Of a stretch of 64,000 nt of DNA, positions 38,784-51,190 are shown one piece after another. Both the position numbers and the translations under genes were made by a program. Position 1 is the first letter of the stretch, and each line of letters starts with the position of its first letter. The notes under the pieces were generated by a model that saw nothing but the letters and a program-made list of their open reading frames with translations, did not search any database and was not told the origin of the DNA. Source of the stretch: Eledone cirrhosa (Eukaryota); assembly GCA_964016885.1 (NCBI GenBank), contig OZ024740.1:375596001-375660000 (forward strand), given 5' to 3'.

Positions 38784-41700
38784 CAAATAACGAAACGAAA
38801 TTAAATTTCGTTTCGTTTGTAACTCACTTTTGTATGACTGACGCTTAAACAATTAAGTTAAAAATGTACATCCACATATGTATACTGAAATACTAGTATG
38901 CATATGAATACACACACGTATACATATGTAGATGTACCAAGTCTTTCACTGGTTACTTTACTGTGAGTATCCAGCTATTCTGTATGTAAACACACAGACA
39001 AACCGGTTTTTAGAGTCATACTGGTTTTTGAGGAAACACCTTTCCTCTATTCTCCAGAAAGCCAGACATATGCATACTAGTATTTCAGTATACTTATGTG
39101 GATGTACATTTTTAACTTAATTGTTTAAGCGTCAGTCATACAAAAGTGAGTTACAAACGAAACGAAATTAAATTTCGTTTCGTTATTTGTTTTTATCGTC
39201 TCCGTTGAACCGGTACGTACTCACACTCTATGCAAATTAGTCTGCCCACTACTAATTTTCATAGAAAAAGCATATAACGATATGTGCTTTTACGATTCTC
39301 CAGAAAGGCCGGTAGATAGGTAAATATTGCTGATAAGTTGTAACAACAACGAAACTAGTTCAATATTCTTTGTCTGGCTTTCAGAAGAATAGAGGAAAGG
39401 TGTTTCCTCAAAAAACCAGTATGACTCTAAAAACCGGTTTGTCTGTGTGTTTACATACAGAATAGCTGGATACTCACAGTAAAGTAACCAGTGAAAGACT
39501 TGGTACATCTACATATGTATACGTGTGTGTATTCATATGCATACTAGTATTTCAGTATACATATGTGGATGTACATTTTTAACTTAATTGTTTAAGCGTC
39601 AGTCATACAAAAGTGAGTTACATACGAAACGAAATTTAATTTCGTTTCGTTATTTGTTTTTATCGTCTCCGTTGAACCGGTACGTACTCACACTCTCTGC
39701 AAATTAGTCTGCCCACTACTAATTTTAATAGAAAAAGCATATAACGATATGTGCTTTTCCGATTCTCCAGAAAGGCCGATAGATTGGTAAATATTGCTGA
39801 TGAGTTGTAACAACAACGAAACTAGTTCAATATTCCTTGTCTGGCTTTCTGGAGAATAGAGGAAAGGTGTTTCCTCAAAAAACCAGTATGACTCTAAAAA
39901 CCGGTTTGTCTGTGTGTTTACATACAGAATAGCTGGATACTCACAGTAAAGTAACCAGTGAAAGACTTGGTACATCTACATATGTATACGTGTGTGTATT
40001 CATATGCATACTAGTATTTCAGTATACTTATGTGGATGTACATTTTTAACTTAATTGTTTAAGCGTCAGTCATACAAAAGTGAGTTACAAACGAAACGAA
40101 ATTTAATTTCGTTTCGTTATTCGTTTTTATCGTCTCCGTTGAACCGGTACGTACTCACACTCTCTGCAAATTAGTCTGCCCACTACTAATTTTCATAGAA
40201 AAAGCATATAACGATATGTGCTTTTACGATTCTCCAGAAAAGCCGATAGATAGGTAAATATTGCTGATGAGTTGTAACAACAACGAAACTAGTTCAATAT
40301 TCCTTGTCTGGCTTTCTGGAGAATAGAGGAAAGGTGTTTCCTCAAAAACCAGTATGACTCTAAAAACCGGTTTGTCTGTGTTTACATACAGAATAGCTGG
40401 ATACTCACAGTAAAGTAACCAGTGAAAGACTTGGTACATCTACATATGTATACGTGTGTGTATTCATATGCATACTAGTATTTCAGTATACTTATGTGGA
40501 TGTACATTTTTAACTTAATTGTTTAAGCGTCAGTCATACAAAAGTGAGTTACAAACGAAACGAAATTAAATTTCGTTTCGTTATTTGTTTTTATCGTCTC
40601 CGTTGAACCGGTACGTACTCACACTCTATGCAAATTAGTCTGCCCACTACTAATTTTCATAGAAAAAGCATATAACGATATGTGCTTTTACGATTCTCCA
40701 GAAAGGCCGGTAGATAGGTAAATATTGCTGATAAGTTGTAACAACAACGAAACTAGTTCAATATTCTTTGTCTGGCTTTCAGAAGAATAGAGGAAAGGTG
40801 TTTCCTCAAAAAACCAGTATGACTCTAAAAACCGGTTTGTCTGTGTGTTTACATACAGAATAGCTGGATACTCACAGTAAAGTAACCAGTGAAAGACTTG
40901 GTACATCTACATATGTATACGTGTGTGTATTCATATGCATACTAGTATTTCAGTATACATATGTGGATGTACATTTTTAACTTAATTGTTTAAGCGTCAG
41001 TCATACAAAAGTGAGTTACATACGAAACGAAATTTAATTTCGTTTCGTTATTTGTTTTTATCGTCTCCGTTGAACCGGTACGTACTCACACTCTCTGCAA
41101 ATTAGTCTGCCCACTACTAATTTTCATAGAAAAAGCATATAACGATATGTGCTTTTCCGATTCTCCAGAAAGGCCGATAGATTGGTAAATATTGCTGATG
41201 AGTTGTAACAACAACGAAACTAGTTCAATATTCCTTGTCTGGCTTTCTGGAGAATAGAGGAAAGGTGTTTCCTCAAAAAACCAGTATGACTCTAAAAACC
41301 GGTTTGTCTGTGTGTTTACATACAGAATAGCTGGATACTCACAGTAAAGTAACCAGTGAAAGACTTGGTACATCTACATATGTATACGTGTGTGTATTCA
41401 TATGCATACTAGTATTTCAGTATACTTATGTGGATGTACATTTTTAACTTAATTGTTTAAGCGTCAGTCATACAAAAGTGAGTTACAAACGAAACGAAAT
41501 TTAATTTCGTTTCGTTATTCGTTTTTATCGTCTCCGTTGAACCGGTACGTACTCACACTCTCTGCAAATTAGTCTGCCCACTACTAATTTTCATAGAAAA
41601 AGCATATAACGATATGTGCTTTTACGATTCTCCAGAAAAGCCGATAGATAGGTAAATATTGCTGATGAGTTGTAACAACAACGAAACTAGTTCAATATTC

Positions 41701-44700
41701 CTTGTCTGGCTTTCTGGAGAATAGAGGAAAGGTGTTTCCTCAAAAACCAGTATGACTCTAAAAACCGGTTTGTCTGTGTTTACATACAGAATAGCTGGAT
41801 ACTCACAGTAAAGTAACCAGTGAAAGACTTGGTACATCTACATATGTATACGTGTGTGTATTCATATGCATACTAGTATTTCAGTATACTTATGTGGATG
41901 TACATTTTTAACTTAATTGTTTAAGCGTCAGTCATACAAAAGTGAGTTACAAACGAAACGAAATTAAATTTCGTTTCGTTATTTGTTTTTATCGTCTCCG
42001 TTGAACCGGTACGTACTCACACTCTATGCAAATTAGTCTGCCCACTACTAATTTTCATAGAAAAAGCATATAACGATATGTGCTTTTACGATTCTCCAGA
42101 AAGGCCGGTAGATAGGTAAATATTGCTGATAAGTTGTAACAACAACGAAACTAGTTCAATATTCTTTGTCTGGCTTTCAGGAGAATAGAGGAAAGGTGTT
42201 TCCTCAAAAAACCAGTATGACTCTAAAAACCGGTTTGTCTGTGTGTTTACATACAGAATAGCTGGATACTCACAGTAAAGTAACCAGTGAAAGACTTGGT
42301 ACATCTACATATGTATACGTGTGTGTATTCATATGCATACTAGTATTTCAGTATACTTATGTGGATGTACATTTTTAACTTAATTGTTTAAGCGTCAGTC
42401 ATACAGAAGTGAGTTACAAACGAAACGAATTTAATTTCGTTTCGTTATTTGTTTTTATGGTCTCCGTTGAACCGGTACGTACTCACACTCTATGCAAATT
42501 AGTCTGCCCACTACTAATTTTCATAGAAAAAGCATATAACGATATGTGCTTTTACGATTCTCCAGAAAGGCCGGTAGATAGGTAAATATTGCTGATGAGT
42601 TGTAACAACAACGAAACTAGTTCAATATTCCTTGTCTGGCTTTCTGGAGAATAGAGGAAAGGTGTTTCCTCAAAAACCAGTATGACTCTAAAAACCGGTT
42701 TGTCTGTGTGTTTACATACAGAATAGCTGGATACTCACAGTAAAGTAACCAGTGAAAGACTTGGTACATCTACATATGTATACGTGTGTGTATTCATATG
42801 CATACTAGTATTTCAGTATACATATGTGGATGTACATTTTTAACTTAATTGTTTAAGCGTCAGTCATACAAAAGTGAGTTACAAACGAAACGAAATTTAA
42901 TTTCGTTTCGTTATTTGTTTTTATCGTCTCCGTTGAACCGGTACGTACTCACACTCTCTGCAAATTAGTCTGCCCACTACTAATTTTCATAGAAAAAGCA
43001 TATAACGATATGTGCTTTTCCGATTCTCCAGAAAGGCCGATAGATAGGTAAATATTGCTGATGAGTTGTAACAACAACGAAACTAGTTCAATATTCCTTG
43101 TCTGGCTTTCTGGAGAATAGAGGAAAGGTGTTTCCTCAAAAAACCAGTATGACTCTAAAAACCGGTTTGTCTGTGTATTTACATACAGAATAGCTGGATA
43201 CTCACAGTAAAGTAACCAGTGAAAGACTTGGTACATCTACATATGTATACGTGTGTGTATTCATATGCATACTAGTATTTCAGTATACTTATGTGGATGT
43301 ACATTTTTAACTTAATTGTTTAAGCGTCAGTCATACAAAAGTGAGTTACAAACGAAACGAAATTTAATTTCGTTTCGTTATTCGTTTTTATCGTCTCCGT
43401 TGAACCGGTACGTACTCACACTCTCTGCAAATTAGTCTGCCCACTACTAATTTTCATAGAAAAAGCATATAACGATATGTGCTTTTACGATTCTCCAGAA
43501 AGGCCGATAGATAGGTAAATATTGCTGATGAGTTGTAACAACAACGAAACTAGTTCAATATTCCTTGTCTGGCTTTCTGGAGAATAGAGGAAAGGTGTTT
43601 CCTCAAAAACCAGTATGACTCTAAAAACCGGTTTGTCTGTGTTTACATACAGAATAGCTGGATACTCACAGTAAAGTAACCAGTGAAAGACTTGGTACAT
43701 CTACATATGTATACGTGTGTGTATTCATATGCATACTAGTATTTCAGTATACTTATGTGGATGTACATTTTTAACTTAATTGTTTAAGCGTCAGTCATAC
43801 AAAAGTGAGTTACAAACGAAACGAAATTAAATTTCGTTTCGTTATTTGTTTTTATCGTCTCCGTTGAACCGGTACGTACTCACACTCTATGCAAATTAGT
43901 CTGCCCACTACTAATTTTCATAGAAAAAGCATATAACGATATGTGCTTTTACGATTCTCCAGAAAGGCCGGTAGATAGGTAAATATTGCTGATAAGTTGT
44001 AACAACAACGAAACTAGTTCAATATTCTTTGTCTGGCTTTCAGGAGAATAGAGGAAAGGTGTTTCCTCAAAAAACCAGTATGACTCTAAAAACCGGTTTG
44101 TCTGTGTGTTTACATACAGAATAGCTGGATACTCACAGTAAAGTAACCAGTGAAAGACTTGGTACATCTACATATGTATACGTGTGTGTATTCATATGCA
44201 TACTAGTATTTCAGTATACTTATGTGGATGTACATTTTTAACTTAATTGTTTAAGCGTCAGTCATACAGAAGTGAGTTACAAACGAAACGAAATTAAATT
44301 TCGTTTCGTTATTTGTTTTTATGGTCTCCGTTGAACCGGTACGTACTCACACTCTATGCAAATTAGTCTGCCCACTACTAATTTTCATAGAAAAAGCATA
44401 TAACGATATGTGCTTTTACGATTCTCCAGAAAGGCCGGTAGATCGGTAAATATTGCTGATGAGTTGTAACAACAACGAAACTAGTTCAATATTCCTTGTC
44501 TGGCTTTCTGGAGAATAGAGGAAAGGTGTTTCCTCAAAAACCAGTATGACTCTAAAAACCGGTTTGTCTGTGTGTTTACATACAGAATAGCTGGATACTC
44601 ACAGTAAAGTAACCAGTGAAAGACTTGGTACATCTACATATGTATACGTGTGTGTATTCATATGCATACTAGTATTTCAGTATACATATGTGGATGTACA

Positions 44701-47700
44701 TTTTTAACTTAATTGTTTAAGCGTCAGTCATACAAAAGTGAGTTACAAACGAAACGAAATTTAATTTCGTTTCGTTATTTGTTTTTATCGTCTCCGTTGA
44801 ACCGGTACGTACTCACACTCTCTGCAAATTAGTCTGCCCACTACTAATTTTCATAGAAAAAGCATATAACGATATGTGCTTTTCCGATTCTCCAGAAAGG
44901 CCGATAGATAGGTAAATATTGCTGATGAGTTGTAACAACAACGAAACTAGTTCAATATTCCTTGTCTGGCTTTCTGGAGAATAGAGGAAAGGTGTTTCCT
45001 CAAAAAACCAGTATGACTCTAAAAACCGGTTTGTCTGTGTGTTTACATACAGAATAGCTGGATACTCACAGTAAAGTAACCAGTGAAAGACTTGGTACAT
45101 CTACATATGTATACGTGTGTGTATTCATATGCATACTAGTATTTCAGTATACTTATGTGGATGTACATTTTTAACTTAATTGTTTAAGCGTCAGTCATAC
45201 AAAAGTGAGTTACAAACGAAACGAAATTTAATTTCGTTTCGTTATTCGTTTTTATCGTCTCCGTTGAACCGGTACGTACTCACACTCTCTGCAAATTAGT
45301 CTGCCCACTACTAATTTTCATAGAAAAAGCATATAACGATATGTGCTTTTACGATTCTCCAGAAAAGCCGATAGATAGGTAAATATTGCTGATGAGTTGT
45401 AACAACAACGAAACTAGTTCAATATTCCTTGTCTGGCTTTCTGGAGAATAGAGGAAAGGTGTTTCCTCAAAAACCAGTATGACTCTAAAAACCGGTTTGT
45501 CTGTGTTTACATACAGAATAGCTGGATACTCACAGTAAAGTAACCAGTGAAAGACTTGGTACATCTACATATGTATACGTGTGTGTATTCATATGCATAC
45601 TAGTATTTCAGTATACTTATGTGGATGTACATTTTTAACTTAATTGTTTAAGCGTCAGTCATACAAAAGTGAGTTACAAACGAAACGAAATTAAATTTCG
45701 TTTCGTTATTTGTTTTTATCGTCTCCGTTGAACCGGTACGTACTCACACTCTATGCAAATTAGTCTGCCCACTACTAATTTTCATAGAAAAAGCATATAA
45801 CGATATGTGCTTTTACGATTCTCCAGAAAGGCCGGTAGATAGGTAAATATTGCTGATAAGTTGTAACAACAACGAAACTAGTTCAATATTCTTTGTCTGG
45901 ATTTCAGGAGAATAGAGGAAAGGTGTTTCCTCAAAAAACCAGTATGACTCTAAAAACCGGTTTGTCTGTGTGTTTACATACAGAATAGCTGGATACTCAC
46001 AGTAAAGTAACCAGTGAAAGACTTGGTACATCTACATATGTATACGTGTGTGTATTCATATGCATACTAGTATTTCAGTATACTTATGTGGATGTACATT
46101 TTTAACTTAATTGTTTAAGCGTCAGTCATACAGAAGTGAGTTACAAACGAAACGAAATTTAATTTCGTTTCGTTATTTGTTTTTATGGTCTCCGTTGAAC
46201 CGGTACGTACTCACACTCTATGCAAATTAGTCTGCCCACTACTAATTTTCATAGAAAAAGCATATAACGATATGTGCTTTTACGATTCTCCAGAAAGGCC
46301 GGTAGATAGGTAAATATTGCTGATGAGTTGTAACAACAACGAAACTAGTTCAATATTCCTTGTCTGGCTTTCTGGAGAATAGAGGAAAGGTGTTTCCTCA
46401 AAAACCAGTATGACTCTAAAAACCGGTTTGTCTGTGTGTTTACATACAGAATAGCTGGATACTCACAGTAAAGTAACCAGTGAAAGACTTGGTACATCTA
46501 CATATGTATACGTGTGTGTATTCATATGCATACTAGTATTTCAGTATACATATGTGGATGTACATTTTTAACTTAATTGTTTAAGCGTCAGTCATACAAA
46601 AGTGAGTTACAAACGAAACGAAATTTAATTTCGTTTCGTTATTTGTTTTTATCGTCTTCGTTGAACCGGTACGTACTCACACTCTCTGCAAATTAGTCTG
46701 CCCACTACTAATTTTCATAGAAAAAGCATATAACGATATGTGCTTTTCCGATTCTCCAGAAAGGCCGATAGATAGGTAAATATTGCTGATGAGTTGTAAC
46801 AACAACGAAACTAGTTCAATATTCCTTGTCTGGCTTTCTGGAGAATAGAGGAAAGGTGTTTCCTCAAAAAACCAGTATGACTCTAAAAACCGGTTTGTCT
46901 GTGTGTTTACATACAGAATAGCTGGATACTCACAGTAAAGTAACCAGTGAAAGACTTGGTACATCTACATATGTATACGTGTGTGTATTCATATGCATAC
47001 TAGTATTTCAGTATACTTATGTGGATGTACATTTTTAACTTAATTGTTTAAGCGTCAGTCATACAAAAGTGAGTTACAAACGAAACGAAATTTAATTTCG
47101 TTTCGTTATTCGTTTTTATCGTCTCCGTTGAACCGGTACGTACTCACACTCTCTGCAAATTAGTCTGCCCACTACTAATTTTCATAGAAAAAGCATATAA
47201 CGATATGTGCTTTTACGATTCTCCAGAAAGGCCGATAGATAGGTAAATATTGCTGATGAGTTGTAACAACAACGAAACTAGTTCAATATTCCTTGTCTGG
47301 CTTTCTGGAGAATAGAGGAAAGGTGTTTCCTCAAAAACCAGTATGACTCTAAAAACCGGTTTGTCTGTGTTTACATACAGAATAGCTGGATACTCACAGT
47401 AAAGTAACCAGTGAAAGACTTGGTACATCTACATATGTATACGTGTGTGTATTCATATGCATACTAGTATTTCAGTATACTTATGTGGATGTACATTTTT
47501 AACTTAATTGTTTAAGCGTCAGTCATACAAAAGTGAGTTACAAACGAAACGAAATTAAATTTCGTTTCGTTATTTGTTTTTATCGTCTCCGTTGAACCGG
47601 TACGTACTCACACTCTATGCAAATTAGTCTGCCCACTACTAATTTTCATAGAAAAAGCATATAACGATATGTGCTTTTACGATTCTCCAGAAAGGCCTGT

Positions 47701-47970
47701 AGATAGGTAAATATTGCTGATAAGTTGTAACAACAACGAAACTAGTTCAATATTCTTTGTCTGGCTTTCAGGAGAATAGAGGAAAGGTGTTTCCTCAAAA
47801 AACCAGTATGACTCTAAAAACCGGTTTGTCTGTGTGTTTACATACAGAATAGCTGGATACTCACAGTAAAGTAACCAGTGAAAGACTTGGTACATCTACA
47901 TATGTATACGTGTGTGTACTCATATGCATACTAGTATTTCAGTATACATATGTGGATGTACATTTTTAAC

Positions 47971-47976
<6 letters not shown>
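38776..47976 (+). repeat. Tandem array of 19 ~466 bp hammerhead-containing units (retrozyme-like satellite) with inverted partial unit at the left end
   Basis: HHR cores at 39330, 39797, 40264, 40728, 41195, 41662, 42126, 42592, 43058, 43525, 43989, 44456, 44922, 45389, 45853, 46320, 46786, 47253, 47717 (spacing 464-467). 38776-39068 is inverted. (TA)n on both flanks. Confidence 0.97.
39790..39834 (+). ncRNA. Minimal type I hammerhead ribozyme (representative intact copy; 13 intact and 6 G8A copies in the array)
   Basis: AATATTG-CTGATGA-GTTGT aaca ACAAC-GAA-ACTAGT-T-CAATATT: 7 bp stem I, canonical core, G10.1-C11.1, palindromic stem III, GUU triplet. Confidence 0.92.
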
Positions 47977-48023
<47 letters not shown>

Positions 48024-50029
48024 TATATACATATTCACAATAGATTATTAGAACCGTGGATCGGTCTACGAATTTGGAATATTTATGTTCACAGCTTCAA
48101 TATATATGTTTTACTATAAACTGTAATCAAAGAAATTGGACATAGGGGCAATTGGAATGTGAAAAATGAGCAGTGACCCCAGTTTCACACGAACTTGTTC
48201 TTGTTGTATTCCATGCGCCTATTTTATCATTTCTGCAAACGATGATGACGTATACTTTCCGCTTTTGTAAGCTTTGCCAATGGGCCGGTTATTTAGTGTA
48301 ATGGTAGCACATGAAATGTATCACACATCCACATGATTTTATATATATATATATATATATATACTCTCAGTTTTATTTTTGTAAGAACAAACATAAAAGT
48401 AAATTATAATCACTTAAAAGTATTTCTATTCAATGAGCTTATTCTGAATTCGAAATCACCTGACATAAAAACACACAACTTTATGATCTAGAGTATATGA
48501 TATATGAAGTACGAAACATTATTTGCGATTCGTTGTTTCACTAGTCATTTTTCTTGCATGAAAAGTAAATTTGTGGTATCATTGCAGAATGATTTTTGTC
48601 ATATCAACATCTCATTAGTGTGTTGAAATCTATCCTGTTCATGGAAATTGTTTCTTCGAACAAGGAAATACCTCATGCACAATGTATTTTATGAGATAGC
48701 TATAAGAAGCATTTGCAACATTCGTCTCTGCTTGCTACTGAGGAAGGTAGGTTTTACTGCTATTATGCTGATACGTCCAACATGAAATATTAACGCGAAT
48801 TTTCACAATAAGAAACATAATAATCAATAATGCTTCCATTTTCCTTTAGTGTGCATTTAATATTGGAATTCGTATCCCATGAGAAATTCTTAACTATTTT
48901 AAGCTCGGCAGTTTAAACAGTTTTGAGTAGCACATTCAACGTTAATGTTTTGAAAATATGTTCAGGTTGTGAAAACATCTCCTATCATTTCATCTTCAAT
49001 GTGAGAAAAATGAGGCTTCAATCTCCTTATCCAAAGGATGTTTGCTCATATTTTGAAATATTGTTGTATATTTGCGCTTCTGATCGACAATTACGGCCCG
49101 TTTAAGTAGCACAAATATGGAGGTTTCATTGTATTGCATACTTTATACGACTTTGCTTTTGCACATTCAGCCTTAGCCTATAATAAAACCATTTTGGGTT
49201 TTTTCCATGTCTTTAATTTATGAATGTTATGAATTAATATATCCATAAGCTGATAGGAATATGCGTCGAATATTTATTCCGTGACGAATAGGGAATAATT
49301 ATGAGCATTTCATATTAAGCTTGACGTAATCATCATCTTCAATGAAGAATATATTGAGACAACTTTGGTATGAAGAATAATTAATGTATAGAAAGCTGAA
49401 CAAGCACCGAATACTAAAGTCATATTTTTATTTATATAGATATATGACATAAAATACATTCTTGGATGAGAAAATCAATACACACAATAAGAATGTATAT
49501 GAAACTGAAAAGGCAATAATGTTAAAAAGTTCAATGAATAACATCAAAGTTTATGTCATAATAGTATATATTTGTTATCATGGAAAACAAGATCATATAT
49601 TAAATATATAAAAGTTACTCAGGAGAATAATAAATAAACGGCTTTGGGGTAACGGAAATTAAAATCCATTTGTTAAATATTTCATTATACTTAAATCCAT
49701 TACTTAGCTATAGGTTAGAATATTTGATGTATATGGAAGATCCAAAATTCAAGATGAAATAGGTGAAATGATAATTATACCCCTCGAAAAGAATTTTATG
49801 CCTTCTTTTCCGTGCTTGGAATAATGTATCGTTCGATATTTATAGTGAGCGAAGCAAAATATAAAATACATCACGTAATAATAAGCATCTTTGATTTATA
49901 TACAAAAAATATTTCTTCAAAGTGCATTTCAATTAATATACGCTTACAGATAATTTAGTATAATGTTAAGATAAACGTCAACTGCATGCTTCTATGTATA
50001 CAAATATCATGCACATGTGTATTTACTTA

Positions 50030-50044
50030 TCTATGAATATATGC

Positions 50045-50078
<34 letters not shown>

Positions 50079-50206
50079 ATGTGTGTGTGTGTATGTGTGC
50101 GTGTGTGTGTATGTGTTCGTGTATCTACATATATATACACACACAAACACACATATATATATATATGTATATATATGTATATATATGTATATCTATATAT
50201 ATATAC

Positions 50207-50254
<48 letters not shown>

Positions 50255-50335
50255 TTTATATACACATAAGTATGTATGCATATGCATATATATATATGTG
50301 TGTGCGTGTTTGTGTGTTTGTGTGTGTACACACAC
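50030..50335. repeat. Compound (TA)n/(TG)n/(CA)n microsatellite
   Basis: Directly visible. Confidence 0.9.
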
Positions 50336-51064
50336 GAGGGATATAGATAGACAAGGATAGCCAACAGATGAGTAAATTAATGAATCGTTAAGTGGCTGAA
50401 TGTGCATACACTTATAGTTAATTTATTTACAGAACTTTTGGTTAGGAACATTGCGATGCACGATTATGCTTGAATACTTCCAGGAAGTCATCCAGTATGA
50501 AATAATGCCTCTCTAACGATACCAGTTTTTAGGCTTAATCATAAATATATTCACGTTGCAAAATATCGCTTAAGCCTGATCTGTGATGCACAGCTGTATC
50601 TGAAGCCAGATACTTCCTATTTTAATCGATCTATATATCAATTAATTTCTTTATATTCTCATTTGAATAAGCAGAGTATAAGCTGGTGTCGTTTTAGTAT
50701 TAGTTTATCTCGATATGTATTGATTTTATCAGGATATTTGAGGTCCAACAAATAATGATTTGGGATAGTGATTAATCATAGGTTACGACTTTAAGTTTCT
50801 TGCATATGCTCTAACCGACCCATAGACTCGATATTTTACTCTACATTCATATGGAACGTTGTTTTTCCAATTTATTTAACCACAGAGGTATTGTCAACTA
50901 ACTGCTATCATTATGAATATCAATGATGCATAAAATCTTCTGAAACACTTTTTTTTCCAATTTGTTTACCGGGTCACCGAATTCTATTCCACATACGTTG
51001 ACGTAGATTGTAAGATATTCACTTGGTACTATTGAAATTTTTAATTGAGGATTAATCGCTATAG

Positions 51065-51190
51065 TGAAGGTTTGTGGCTGATTGGTTAGAGAACTGGATT
51101 CGCAATCGGGAGGTTGTCAATTCGTTTCCTGCACCGGGCGATTCGTTATGTCCTTGAGCAAGACACTTTATTTAAGGTTGCTCCTTCTAT
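51065..51190 (+). mobile_element. Old tRNA-derived SINE of a second family (CORE-like box)
   Basis: GTGGCTGATTGGTTAGAG head, decayed B box, then TGTCCTTGAGCAAGACACTTTA. Confidence 0.6.

Noticed and set aside
39374-39421. Possible second hammerhead per unit (CAGAAGA/CTGGAGA + hairpin + AAAA)
   Set aside because: No GAAA box and no stem I; explained more simply as a bulged hairpin closed by CTGG/CCAG.
39290-47895. Repeated 71-95 aa minus-strand ORFs (MYQVFHWLLY...) in the array
   Set aside because: Lengths and frames differ between units through indels, D-type units lack the ORF, and no domain is recognisable. The conserved signal is plus-strand RNA structure.
38776-47976. CRISPR-like or tRNA/snRNA/5S gene array
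   Set aside because: No unique spacers, since whole units repeat. No cloverleaf, A/B boxes or recognisable snRNA/5S sequence.
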